Positions 12,171-25,794 of a stretch of 64,000 nt of DNA are shown piece by piece; within the stretch, counting starts at the first letter, position 1, and every line of letters starts with the position of its first letter. The position numbers and the translations under genes were made by a program. The notes beneath the pieces were generated by a model. That model saw only the letters and a list, made by a program, of their open reading frames with translations, had not been told where the DNA came from and searched no databases. Origin of the DNA: Octopus sinensis (taxonomy: Eukaryota); assembly GCF_006345805.1 (NCBI RefSeq), contig NC_043014.1:47678001-47742000 (forward strand), in the 5' to 3' direction.

Positions 12171-13070
12171 TCAGGTCATCCCATAAGTTCTGTCCAAATT
12201 TTGAATAAAGAAAACACGTGATCAAATGTTATATTTAATTGAAATTTAATCATCAATGTACTTTCCATCTATTTACAAGCTTTTTAATCCCATCAATGTA
12301 AAACTCTTTTGGCTTCAGAGTGAAAAACTCTGAAATGTCAGTTTCGACTTCCTCCTGGCTTGCAAAAGTTATGTCCCCACAAATGATTCTGTAAACTACG
12401 AAACAAATGGTAGTCTGAAGGAGCAAGGTTGGGAGAATAAGGTGGATGAGGAATTTTTTCCCAACCAAGCTCATCAATCTTCTGTGATGTGATCATTGCA
12501 GTGTGGGATCGCGCATTGTCCTGATGAAACATCATTCCTTTCTGATTCACTAAAGTGGGTCTTTTTTCCTTCAAAGCTTGGTTCAAACACTCTAATTACT
12601 GACAGTAGACTTGAGCATTGACTGTTGCATTAGTTGGTAACAATTCAAAGTGAATTACTCCTTTGCAATCACACCAGATAGAGAGAAGAACCTTTTTCCC
12701 ATGAAGTTCCCTTCTTGATTGTGGTTGAGCTTTTTCCCTTTTACCAAGTCACTGTTTATGATGTTTAACATTTCAATAGAAGATCCATTTTTCGTCACCA
12801 GTCATAAGTTTATCCAAAAAGGGTGAAGTGAGTTTGCGAGAATGGAGAGAAGAGCAGATATCAACTTGGGGTTTGCGGTTGCTTACGGACAGTTCATGAG
12901 GCACCCATTTTCCAAGTTGTATGGTTTGAACTAAGCTTTATTGCCAATTCTTCAACTGATAATGCAGGATTTTCTTCGAGTAATGCCTCAAGGAGCTTAT
13001 CATCAAACTCAACTGGACATCCTGTTTGATCTTCATCAGGGGAAAGCAGCTGTTCAGAAAGTATAGTAGC
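12171..13070 (-). mobile_element. Degenerate mariner (DD34D) transposon
   Basis: Motifs GKWVPHEL, MTGDEKWI, FHQDNARSH and HPPYSPNLAPSDYHLFRSL. TIR-like end TA|TCAGGTCATCCCATAAGTTCTGTCC. Frameshifted. Confidence 0.92.
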
Positions 13071-14249
13071 TGAAGTATAAATGGACGAGGACAGGCTCCG
13101 AGTGAATATTACCTCATTTGACTACAAACACCTTCTCCTCAGAGTGAAGAGCAGATACTCTTTACTCTTTTACTCGTTTCAGTCATATACGTATATATAT
13201 ACGACAGGCTTCTTTCAGTTTCCGTCTACCAAATCCACTCACAAGGCATTGGTCGGCCCGGGGCTATAGCAGAAGACACTTGCCCAAGATGCCACGCAGT
13301 GGGACTGAACCCGGAACCATGTGGTTGGTTAGCAAGCTACTTACCACACAGCCACTCCTAGTAGACCCTTGTTATACAACTGCAATAATGCATGGTAATG
13401 AGACAAAAGCCTTGATTGCAAAAGCAGCATACTTCGATGGATACCTTTTACTTCTTACCTGTTTCAGTCATTGGACTGTGACCATACTGGGACACTACCT
13501 TGAAGAGTTTTTAGTCAACAAATTGACCCCAGTCCTTTTTTTTTTCTTTTACCTTATTCTATCTCTTTAGTAGAAGACACTTGCCGAAGCCATGCAGTGG
13601 GACTGAACCTGGAACCATGTGGTTGGGAAGCAAACTTCTTGTTACACAGCCATGCCTGTGTAATGTTAGTGTACCTGAACACCAGAGTACAATGAGCTGA
13701 GAGAAAAACTGTAATATGTGAAGAATCAGGTGTAGATGAGAGAAGGCTACATTGTAATGGGCACCTGATAACTGTTGCACAAGAAAGTACTGAACACTCC
13801 AAGTAAGTTTGTCCCTTCTCGAGCCATGCCTGGCTCATAAGGGCCGGTTTCCCGGTTTCCTTGGCGTATAGGTTCCCCACCTGGACGGGACGCCGATCCG
13901 TCGCAGGTGAGCTGCAAGATGCAGGAGGAAAGAGTGATAGAAGGTTTTGGCGAAAGAGTCAGCAGAAGTTCGCCATTACCTTCTGCCGGAGCCGCGTGGA
14001 GCTTAGGTGTTTCACTCATAAGCACACATCGCCCGGTCTGAGATTCGAACCTGCAATCCCTCAACTGCGAGTCTGCTGCTCTAACCACTAGGCCATGTGC
14101 TTCCACTCCAAGTAAATGGGACCCACTGATGAGGAAAACCAAGGAAGACTTAGTTTGAAGTGGTGAAGGCTGCAGTGCTACATCAGACCCATCCCTCCTA
14201 CACCATATATTCCCCATCTCCACTCACATTCTGATACACTGCCACACCC

Positions 14250-14725
<476 letters not shown>

Positions 14726-14782
14726 CAGTCCTGTTCCTTGTGTCATTCCAGTTCTGAGATCCCTAAATATGTCTTATTTCAG

Positions 14783-14983
14783 GCTATCAGACCTACTGCT
14801 CCCAAAAGAAGAGCCCAGCTGAGATCCGGAAGAGACAAAATGAATTGTTTGATGAGGAGAAGAAACGGCAGCTGTCTTTTTTCCAAAGGATTGAGAAGAT
14901 CCGAGTGGAACATGTGGGTGCTCCTGAAGATTGTACCCTAATCATGAACAAGGGTCTGTCAACACCCTTTAATTGTGCCATGC
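14783..14983 (+). CDS. MRPL39: MRPL39 exon 2
   Basis: tttcag| ... ATGC|gtaagt; (R)YQTYCSQKKSPAEIRKRQNELFDEEKKRQLSFFQRIEKIRVEHVGAPEDCTLIMNKGLSTPFNCAM. Absent from the ORF track. Confidence 0.93.
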
Positions 14984-15111
14984 GTAAGTAGTCTTTCTTT
15001 TTAACCTCCCCCTTCAAGAAGTCCTACGTCTCTTCTATGTAGGTAGATTTAACAACGACCTCTTGGTTTTCACTGTTGACCTTCTATCATGTCAGATAGA
15101 TGGATAAAGGT

Positions 15112-15495
15112 GGATGCGCAATGGCCCAGTGGTTAGGGCAGCGGACTCGCGGTCGTAGGATCGCAGTTTCGATTCCCAGACCGGGCGTTGTGAGTGTTTA
15201 TTGAGCGAAAACACCTAAAGCTCCATGAGTCTCCGGCAGGGGGTGGTGGTGATCCCTGCTGTACTCTTTCACCACAACTTTCTCTCACTCTTACTTCCTG
15301 TTTCTGTTGTACCTGTATTTCAAAGGGCCGGCCTTGTCACTCTCTGTTTCACGCTGAATATCCCCGAGAACTACGTTAAGGGTACACGTGTCTGTGGAGT
15401 GCTCAGGCACTTACACGTTAATTTCATGAGCAGGCTGTTCCGTTGATTTGGATCAACCGGAACCCTCGTCGTCGTAACCGACGGAGGGCTTCCAA
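15112..15495 (+). mobile_element. tRNA(Arg)-like-headed SINE family D
   Basis: Head GGCCCAGTGGTTAGGGCAGCGGACTCGCGGTC..GGTTTCGATTCCC. Near-identical copy at 33345-33726. Variants with different 3' halves at 13810-14105 (-), 15968-16080, 35236-35530 (-), 47791-48090, 54010-54322 (-). Confidence 0.85.
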
Positions 15496-17545
15496 AAAGA
15501 TGGATAAAGGTTACATGTCCAAATCTACTGCTAGTGTGTCCTTGTGTATTTAGATTGAACACACAGCTTTTGAGAATGTCACACACAAGTAACTGGCAAC
15601 TATCCAAGGGTAGTTCTATATCACATTAGCTTCAACTCAACACTTCAAGCTAAAGAAACCTTATACTACATATTTACAGCCAGATGGACTTAGGTATTTG
15701 GGAGCTAAGTGTCTTGATCGTGGAATTAGCACTTCAGTACTGATAGCTAGATTAAAACCAGCAACCTATCAGATTCAGTCACTCAACATTCTCTTGATCT
15801 GCTTGTCCACACTCTCATCATCATCATGTGACTGTTATTTCTATATATGGTCATCATCGTAATGTTACATCTGTTTTTCTGGGGTGGCATTGATGTTCTC
15901 TACATCACATGCCAACAGAGAAAACTGACCTTCAGTGCTGTTGTGTATTTCGTGATTTTTATGCTCAGAGGAGGCGCATGGCCTAGTGGTTAGAGCAGCG
16001 GACTCGCGGTCGAGGGATCGCGGTTTCGAATCTCAGACCGGGCGATGTGTGTGTTTATGAGCAAAACACCTAAGCTCCACGATTGAACCTGTGTAGGTGG
16101 CACGTAAAACGCATCCACTACACTCACGGAGTGGTTGGCGTTAGGAAGGGCATCCAGCTGTAGAAACACTGCCAGATCAGACTGGAGCCTGGTGCAGCCT
16201 TCTGGCTTCCCAGATCCCCGGTCGAACCGTCCAACCCATGCTAGCATGGAGAACGGACGTTAAACGATGATGATGATGATGATGAGTGGCATCTTATCAC
16301 ACTATCAACACTAGGGAGGTTGTCTGTTGTAGAACTAAAGGGTCACCTCTACACTGTAGCATATATGTGTTTGTGTATTTAGAGGTAAAACTCATTTTTG
16401 TCATGCTGAATCCCTGAGAATCTATGTTAAAGGTATGTGTGTCTGTGGAGTACTCAGCCACTTGCACGGACACACAATGACCTGTTGAGGCAAGCGAAGT
16501 CGAAATCTAAACCTCATCCGACGACTACACCAACATCAAAATCAATGGAAACTGCAGTTGTGATCCCTGTGCCGGTGGCACGTAAAAAGCACCATCTGAA
16601 TGTGGCCGATGCCAGCGCCGCCTAGACTGGCTTCCGTGCCAGTGGCACGTAAAATGCACCAATCCGATCATGGCCATTGCCAGCCTCGCCTGGCACCTGT
16701 GCAGGTGGCACGTAAAAAGCACCCACTACACTCACGGAGTGGTTGGCGTTAGGAAGGGCATCCAGCTGGAGCCTGGTGCAGCCTTCTGGCTTCCCAGATC
16801 CCCGGTCAAACCGTCCAACCCATGCTAGCATGGAGAACGGACATTAAACGATGATGATGATGATGATGATGATGAAGCAGGCTGTTCCATTGATGAGATC
16901 AACTGGAACAATTGTCATTTTAAACAACAAAGTGCCAGTGTATCATATATTTAGAGGTTAGACTTCCAGTGCTGTGTATGCGTGGTTAGGCTAAGGAAAG
17001 AAATGCAGGGCAGATTTTACGAGCAAGACGCACCAGTAGAAGAACTAAGGATACAGCTCGTGAGATGGTTCCATAACATCCATGGCTTTGGTTAACTTTG
17101 CTTAACACTCCAGAGGACTCTACTCCCAACATCACTCACAGAAATAGGTAATGAAGATGGATGGAGATGTATGTGTGTGTGTGTATAGATAGATAGATAG
17201 ATATATACTTATAAATAGTTAGACCCATGCTAGCATGGAAGACAGACGTTAAGTGATGTTGCTGATGATGATGATGAACACATATGCACATGTGTGTGTG
17301 TGCCGGTGGCATGTAAAAAGCACCATCCGATCATGGCCGTTTGCCAGCCTCGTCTGGCACCTGTGCTGGTGGCACGTGAAAAGCACCCACTACACTCACG
17401 GAGTGGTTGGCGTTAGGAAGGGCATCCAGCCGTAGAAACACTGCCAGATCAGACTGGGCCTGGTGCAGCCTTCTGGCTTCCCAGACCCCAGATGAACCGT
17501 CCAACCCATGCTAGCATGGAAAGCGGCTGCTAAACGATGATGATG

Positions 17546-17592
<47 letters not shown>

Positions 17593-18112
17593 CATGATTG
17601 CCCTCTGAGCATAAGCCATGATTCATATTCTTTTTGCCCTGAAGCTGTATTCTATTCGTTTCTTATTTATCTCCTCTTTGTCCTTCGTCCATCATGTTCA
17701 ATTACATTTACTCACTTTCATATGTCCACTTCAGTATCGCTTGTTATCCATGTATTGTTTGCTCTCAACCCTATATTCTCCACAACTTTTGCAGGCACCA
17801 CCAGCATGGGAAGCATCTCAGTCTTATCATTAATGTTGCAAAACTGAGTAATACCATCTGGTTGATAACTGATGAAGAATTAGGGACCTTCTGTGTTTGT
17901 CTTTTGTCTGATTGTGCACACAGTAGACATTACTTTTTTACTTTTCATTTTCGTTTGTGTATTTACTATACATTTTTTCTCATATATATGTGTGTGTGTG
18001 TGTGTGGTGTAGAAGGTTGAAAAGGAACACATGATTTGATATATATATATATATATAATGTGTGTGGTTGTGTGTGTGTAGAAGGTTGAAAAGGAACGAA
18101 ACACATGAGTTG

Positions 18113-18162
<50 letters not shown>

Positions 18163-18163
<1 letters not shown>

Positions 18164-18638
18164 GTGGAAAAAAGTCAAGTAGAAAATGCTAAAATAATTT
18201 TATAAAAAACATTTCAGTACCGGTTTCAGTCATTGAGACTTTTTCAACTGTAAGTATGGAAAACAATTAAATTTTGGAAAAATTAAATGTTAATTTTTTT
18301 AAAAGAATATTTGCATATATTCAAATACAAGGGGCATTTTCCTTGTCTCTCTTGTTTACTCTTGTGGGTTACAAGAGTAAACAAGAGAGACAGAGACAGG
18401 CAGAAACAAGGAAAATGCCCCTTGCATTTGAATACTATGCAAATATTCTTTTTAAAAAGTTTTCATAGGTGCAGGAGTGGCTGTGTGGTAAGTAGCTTGC
18501 TTACCAACCACATGGTTCCGGGTTCAGTCCCACTGCGTGGTATCTTGGGCAAGTGTCTTCTGCTATAGCCCCGGGCCGACCAATGCCTTGTGAGTGGATT
18601 TGGTAGACGGAAACTGAAAGAAGCCTGTCGTATATATG

Positions 18639-18671
<33 letters not shown>

Positions 18672-18997
18672 CTGTGTTTGACCCCCTAGCATTGCTTGAC
18701 AACCGATGCTGGTGTGTTTACGTCCCCGTCACTTAGCGGTTCGGCAAAAGAGACCGATAGAATAAGTACTGGGCTTACAAAGAATAAGTCCCGGGGGTCG
18801 ATTTTGCTCGACTAAAGGCGGTGCTCCAGCATGGCCGCAGTCAAATGACTGAAACAAGTAAAAAAGAGTATTTAATTTTTCCAAAATTTAATTGTTTTCC
18901 ATACTTACAGTTGAAAGAGTCTCAATGACTGAAACCGGTACTGAAATGTTTTTTATAAAATTACTTTAGCATTTTCTACCTTGACTTTTTTTCCACA
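18163..18997. mobile_element. Foldback/MITE with about 135-bp inverted repeats, carrying an inserted SINE B
   Basis: 18163-18297 is the reverse complement of about 18870-18997, with few mismatches. The element sits in a TA tract. Confidence 0.85.
18468..18870 (+). mobile_element. tRNA-headed SINE family B with internal (TA)n(TG)n and (AAAGAGT)n tail
   Basis: Head GGAGTGGCTGTGTGGTAAG..GGTTCAGTCCC, then CTTGGGCAAGTGTCTT. Others at about 5265-5660, 6150-6790, 13160-13655, 24010-24425, 27215-27680, 28350-28742, 31847-32209, 32228-32652, 37212-37625, 41415-41840, 42020-42410, 45360-46062, 51865-52495, 53395-53810, 57155-57580, 59612-60012. Confidence 0.9.
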
Positions 18998-19090
18998 TTT
19001 ATATATATATATATATATACACACATTTACATACATATGTATACATATATTAAGCTTTTCTTCTAAATTTGTTTTATGTTCTGCCAACAG

Positions 19091-19230
19091 ACATAACAGA
19101 GTTGTTAATGAAGCGGTCAGTAGTGGCATGTGTTAATGGTCAGTTATGGGACATGCATCGACCTCTTGTTGAAGACTGTCAACTCAGCTTCCTTCATTTC
19201 AAACAGGACGACTGTCATGAAGTCAACAGA
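19091..19230 (+). CDS. MRPL39: MRPL39 exon 3
   Basis: caacag| ... AGA|gtaagt; (H)ITELLMKRSVVACVNGQLWDMHRPLVEDCQLSFLHFKQDDCHEVNR. Confidence 0.95.
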
Positions 19231-22200
19231 GTAAGTACTTCAATATATTGTTGTTGTTGTTGTTGTTCTACTCTAAGGCAACGAGCTGGCAGAATCGTTA
19301 GCATGCTAGGCAAAATGCTAAGTGGCATTTCATCCGTCTTGATGTTCTGAGTTCAAATTCTACCAAAGTTGACTTTGCCTGTCATCCTTTTGGAATTGAT
19401 AAATTAAGTACCAGTGGAATACCTGGGGTCAATGTAATCGACTTAGCCCTTCCCCCAAAATTTCAGGCCTTGTGCCTATAGTAGAAAAGATTGTTGTTCT
19501 ACACTAAAGATCTTATACAATTCTATATTTCTGAGATGTGGAATTTTTACACTGTGTCATAACAACACCACCACAACACAATATTAGATCTGTTATGTAT
19601 CCTGTTTGCATTAGTCCGACTGGTGCCCTCATCTTAATCGTTGCTTTCCCTATGTTTTGGCTGTGTATGCTCCAGCCTTCTTCTGGTGGCTCACCTTAGT
19701 CCCTTGTCTGGGAGTGAACTCAGAACCTCTCGGTGACTGCTTTGTATTAACCAGTGCCTTATCCACTATGCTACCTTAAAAATTCACTCTGTCACTGTCT
19801 ACAGGTATAGCATAGTAGATAAAGGTGTTGGTTACTGCAGTGCAGTCACCTCAAAGTTTCTAAGTTCGGTCCCAGGCAAGACACGAAGGTGAATCACAAG
19901 ACACCTGAAGACGGCTGGTGCATACACAGCCAAAATGTAGCGAAAGCAATAATCAAGATGAGGATACCAGTTTCATCATCATCATCATCATCATTTAACG
20001 TCTGCTTTCCATGCTAGCATGGGTTGGACGATTAACTGAGGACTGGCGAACCAGATAGCTGCACCAGGCTCCAATCTGATCTGGCAGAGTTTCTACAGTT
20101 GGATGCCCTTCCTTACGCCTATCACTCTGAGAGTGTAGTGGGTGTTTTACGTGCCACTGGCACGGAAGCCAGTTTGTTGCTCTGGCAACGATCATGCTCG
20201 GATGGTACTATTAGCACTCCACTAGCATGGATGCCAGTCATCGAATTTGATTTCAATTTCACTTGCCTCAACAGGTCTTTGCAAGAAGAGCTTAGTGTCC
20301 AATGAAGGAAAGGTATGCATAAGTGGGCTGGTTACACCCCTGGCATAGGCCACGAGGTTATGGTCTCAGTTGGCTTGCCGAGTCTTTTCAAGCACAGCAT
20401 ATTTCCAAAGGTCCCGGTCACTAGTCATTGCCTCGGACTAATGTAAACAGGGTACATAAAATAGAGATCTAATATTGTGCTGTGGCAGGTTGATTAATGT
20501 TGTGTTGTTGTGACACAGTGTGATGGTTATACAGCAGAGTGTAGTGTGGTACAGACATGCTGTGTAGCGAATTACTTTTGGTCGTAAATGTGTTCTAGTC
20601 TGTCTTGTGTATGTCTAAGTGTCCCATCTGCTGAAGATAAGGTCAAGCAGTTGCTGTGTGTGACACTGGGTAAACGGATGTGTTGCTGGGATTAAAAGGG
20701 CCACCGTCATCAAACACTTTCACAACTGATTCATCATCATCATCATCGTTTAACGTCCGTTCTCCATGCTAGCATGGGTTGGACGGTTCGACCGGGGATC
20801 TGGGAAGCCAGGAGGCTGCACCAGGCTCCAGTCTGATCTGGCGAGGTTTCTACAGCTGGATGCCCTTCCTAACGCCAACCACTCCGTGAGTGTAGTGGGT
20901 GCTTTTTATGTGCCACCTGTCTGAAAATTATGTTAATGATACAAATGTTTTTGGAATACTCAACCACTTGGACACATAAATGCAATGAGTAAATAGTTCT
21001 GTTGATTGAGCAATCAGAATACTCATTGTTGAAACTAGCAGTGGGTTTATTGAGTTTTTATTCTACCCCAACACCATATATGGTCATAGCCGAGGTTCTG
21101 AAGGCATAGTGTATATGCAAACAACTGGATCCTTCCCCCAATGTTCCTAAAGAGTCTACAACTGCTGCTTCTTCCTTTCTTCCCGAAACATGGATAACTG
21201 CAGCCCTCTCTTGAGCCACTTCCTATTGACATTCATCCTTTGTTCTTACCATTCGACCGTTTCCACCCTTGTTTATATCCATCTTTCATCTCCCCGACAT
21301 GCTTACGACCTTTAACCCCCGACCCTTATCTCCTTATCGCTCATCCTTCCATCACTCTCCTACCCACTGTATTCTGCTGCTGTTGTAAGAAATGAAAGCA
21401 GAACCTGTTCTTCTGTGCCATATCTGTGCTACTACTCACCAATTCCCTTCCTCCAAGCTTCTCCCATTTGACATCTACCCTCATTTTTATCATCATACCT
21501 CCCCACAACTCATATTTACCACTCCCACCCCTGTTCATCATTCACAGCATTCATCTTCTATGTACACCTTATTTCTTTACTACCCACAAGGGGCTAAACA
21601 CAGAGGGGACAAACAAGGACAGGCAAACAGATTAAGTCAATTACATCGACCCCCAGTGCGTAACTGGTACTTAATTTATCGACCCCGAAAGGATGAAAGG
21701 CAAAGTCAACCTCGGCGGAATTTGAACTTAGAATGTAAAGGCAGACGAAATACGGCTACGCATTTCGCCCGGCGTGCTAACGATTCTGCCAGCTCGCTGC
21801 CCTTTTCTTCTATGTACACCTGACTTACCTCTACCCCATGTGTTTATGTACCTCTCGCTCCCACCCTCTTACTACTTTACCTGTACTTCCTGACTTCTGT
21901 CTGTATGCTTTCCTTTATTCACCTTCCTGGACATGTCACCATAAGGGTACGTTCTGGTACCTCATCACCACTATATTTATCTCTCTTTGTGGCACCACAG
22001 CAGCCACCTTCACCCACAGAGATGTAAAATGCAAGGTTACCACAAGTCTTTTCCAGAACAATAAACTACACTTCTATACTTCCCATCATACTTCAATCTC
22101 TCAACATCTTGCAAGAAGTGACTACAATATCTCTTATCCAAGGCAGCGAACTGGCAGAAATGTTAGCACTCTGACCCAGATGCTTAGCAGTATTTTGTCT

Positions 22201-23028
22201 GTCTTTAGGTTCTGAGTTCAAATTCCGCCGAGGTCGACTTTGCCTTTCATCCTGTCGGAATCAATAAATTAAGTGCCAGTTGTGTACTGGGGTTGATCTA
22301 ATGAACTGGTGCCCTCCCAAAAAATTTTGGGCCTTATGCCTAGAGTAGAAAAGAATATCTCTTATCTTCCATCTCAGTCAAAGGAACTCTCTAATCTTTG
22401 GTCTTGCAAATTACAAGATCACCTCACTAGTGCTGGTGTCATGTAAAAGCACCCAGTACACTCTGTAAAGTGACTGGTATTAGGAAAGGCATCTAGCCAT
22501 AGAAACCATGCAAAAACTGAAACACTGGAGCAAAACCCAGTCCTTGTTGGATCCTCTCAAAACGTCCTTCCCATGCCAGCATTGGAAGCCAATGTAAAAA
22601 TGATGCTGATGTTCAGACTATAATAAATACACACATTCATGTGTGTTTGTTTAGATTATATATTGATGTGTGTGTTTATCCATGAATGAAGACATTCCAG
22701 GTATGATCGTTCCATGTTTCACTCACACATGATATATCCAAGTCACTTCAACTCAGCTCTGGTCCACCATTTCTATGATCAAAGACATTCCAGGTGTGTC
22801 CATCCCATCTGTTATTCAGTAAAACTGTATCTAGGATTACGTTATCTAATATTCCCTTCCTTTGTTTTTAACAAGGTTCAGTGGAATTGAGGTAGATTTG
22901 GTTGAAATTTTTAGCGGGTCAAATGGCTGTATAGTGGCTCCCTCCTTGACCCCAGTGTTGTGTATGTGTTTGTGTTTTTTCATCTGTATGCATGTGTTTA
23001 TACAGTGTGTTTGTCTGTTTATATAATA

Positions 23029-23532
23029 CTAGCAGTATCGCCCGGCGTTGCTCGGTTTTAAGGGAAATAACTATATAAGCATTTTTAGAGAGTTACTTCC
23101 CTTTAGATGCCAATTCGGGCTTTCTTAGCCATTTCTGTTTTTGGTCTTCAAGCCATGAAGTCGTTGTTCTAAAAGAACGCTGGTCTCCTTGACAACGCAT
23201 TACGACGTTGATTTCTTTACACTCCCTTCCCCACAGCTTCACGAGGAGGGAAGGGGGAGAAGCAAACAGTGCAGGTGTGACCATGGACGCCAACTCCGCT
23301 GCCATCGACACACGAAAAATTATGCATTAAAATGGAATAAAAAATGATGTTAATTATTTTTTAAAATCGTAGACTCATCGTAGACGCGCGCTAATACTCA
23401 GACGGGCTCGATATGAATCACGACTATAAGATACCCGAATTTGGTTAAACTGCACCGCAAAATGTGGGAGGAGTTAGGAATCTAAATCGAAGGGGACAGA
23501 CACTCACACAACTAGAGTTTTATATATATAGA
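23029..23532 (-). mobile_element. Non-autonomous Helitron, long variant
   Basis: TC...CTAG termini, subterminal hairpin, A/T insertion site; near-identical to 46235-46751. Confidence 0.87.
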
Positions 23533-23589
23533 TGTGTGTGTGTGTCTGATATCAGTCACAGTTATCAAATGTAATTTATATATTTTCAG

Positions 23590-23689
23590 GCATTTTGGAG
23601 GTCCTGCTCTTTTATACTGGGTTACGTTTTAATGTCAGCATTTAAAGATGAGTGCCATGTGGAGCTGTGCCGCTTTCCATCCCCTAATG
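23590..23689 (+). CDS. MRPL39: MRPL39 exon 4
   Basis: tttcag| ... AATG|gtgagt; AFWRSCSFILGYVLMSAFKDECHVELCRFPSPN. Confidence 0.95.
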
Positions 23690-24212
23690 GTGAGTGTTAA
23701 CTTTAAATACCAACCTTCACTTTTAACCTGCCTGTGGTCAGTAAAGCCTTGAAATGGCAATTTATTAACCATAGTTCTCGATTTTACTCTGGCCCTAAAT
23801 CCTTTATAGATTGAATAACCCCATCGTGGGGCTTTTTGTACAATTCGAGTTGTTGACCTTTTGTTCTTCCTTCATACCCGAAGTCAAATATTTATTTACG
23901 TCAACACTAAATGTGTGTTATGAATGTGTCTCTGTATGTATATATGCATGTGTGTGTATGTATGTGTCTCTGTATATGTGTATGGATATATGGTTGTTTT
24001 GTTTTTGTTTTTACTTGTTTCAGTCATTTGACTGCGGCCATGCTGGAGCACCGCCTTTAGTCGAGCAAATCGACCCCAGAACTTATTCTTTGTAAGCCTA
24101 GTACTTATTCTATCGGTCTCTTTTGCTGAACCGCTAAGTTACGGGGACATAAACACACCAGCACCGGTTGTCAAGCGAAGCTGGGGGGACAAACACAGAT
24201 ATACAAACATAT

Positions 24213-24251
<39 letters not shown>

Positions 24252-25303
24252 CATATATACGACGGGCTTCTTTCAGTTTCCGTCTACCAAATCCACTCAC
24301 AAGGCTTTGGTCGGCCCGAGGCTATAGTAGAAGACACTCGCCCAAGGTGCCACGCAGTGAGACTGAACCCGGAACCATGTTGTTGGTAAGCAAGCTACTT
24401 ACCACACAGCCACTCCTACGCCTACGTTGTGTGTAAGTATGTAGGTATATGGCAATTTATTAACCATAGTTCTCGATTTTACTCTGGCCCTAAATCCTTT
24501 ATAAGACAGTGACCTGGCAGAAACGTTAACACGCCGGTCCAAATGCCTAGCGGTATTTCATCTGCCGTTACGTTGTGAGTTCAAATTCAGCCGAGGTCGA
24601 CTTTGCCTTTCATCCTTTCGGGGTCGATAAATTAAGTACCAGCTACGCACTGGGGTCGATGTAATCGACTTAATACCTATGTCTGTCCTTGTTTGTCCCC
24701 TCTGTGTTTGGCCCCTTGTGTGTATTAAAGAAATAGGTATTTCATCTGCCGTTACGTTGTGAGTTCAAATTTCGTCGAGGTCGACTTTGCCTTTCATCCT
24801 TTCGGGGTCGATAAATTAAGTACCTGTTACGCACTGGGGTCAATGTAATCGACTTAATTCCTATGTCTGTCCTTGTTTGTCCCCTCTGTGTTTAGCCCCT
24901 TGTGGGTAATAAAGAAATAGGTATATGGGCCTCTTTAAAGCCAGGAACTTTTCAGCACCCCCTCACAAATGCGGAGTGCAACGATAGGCGGAATCAGCAA
25001 TGACTTATTTGGGTTTTACACCCCCTACCTTTCCTAACATGTGTCTCTTTTATTTGTCTCACATGTGGCACATGGTGTACCAGTTCAGGGTACACAATTA
25101 ACGAGAGAAAGTGGGACAGACTCTGCATAGACTTTCTACATTTCAAACAAACTCTTTGTGTGCTGGTTATTGACTAACAACGTATTTGATTTACATTTTT
25201 ACTGAGTGGCCATACACTGTTCTCAACAACGCATGTCATATATATATAATATATACATATGCATATTTGTATGTATGCATGTAAAAGCATAAACACACAC
25301 ACA

Positions 25304-25338
<35 letters not shown>

Positions 25339-25548
25339 GTGTGTGTGTGTACATAAATATATGCGACTGTCTGCCTCTCCAAATATAATTTTATATATAT
25401 ATACATATATATATATATATCATATATTATATATTATCAATATATATTACACACATATAATATATACATTATATATATATATACACACATACATACATAC
25501 ATACATACACATATATACATACATACGCACATATATATACATATATAT

Positions 25549-25579
<31 letters not shown>

Positions 25580-25732
25580 CATATACACACACACACACAT
25601 ATACATGCACTCAACACAAACACATTATGTGTGTATATATTTTAATCAATACTTCACATTTGCTCTTCTTCTCCCACTTCCAACATCTTCCACCTCGTTG
25701 CTGTAATTAACAACATTGTTCTTTGTCTGCAG

Positions 25733-25794
25733 TGAAAAGTGGCAGTTTTGTATATGATGCTGACCTGAATTTACCGAACTGGAAGCCAACGTTG
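25733..25794 (+). CDS. MRPL39: MRPL39 exon 5
   Basis: ctgcag| ... TTG|gtatgt; (V)KSGSFVYDADLNLPNWKPTL. Confidence 0.93.
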
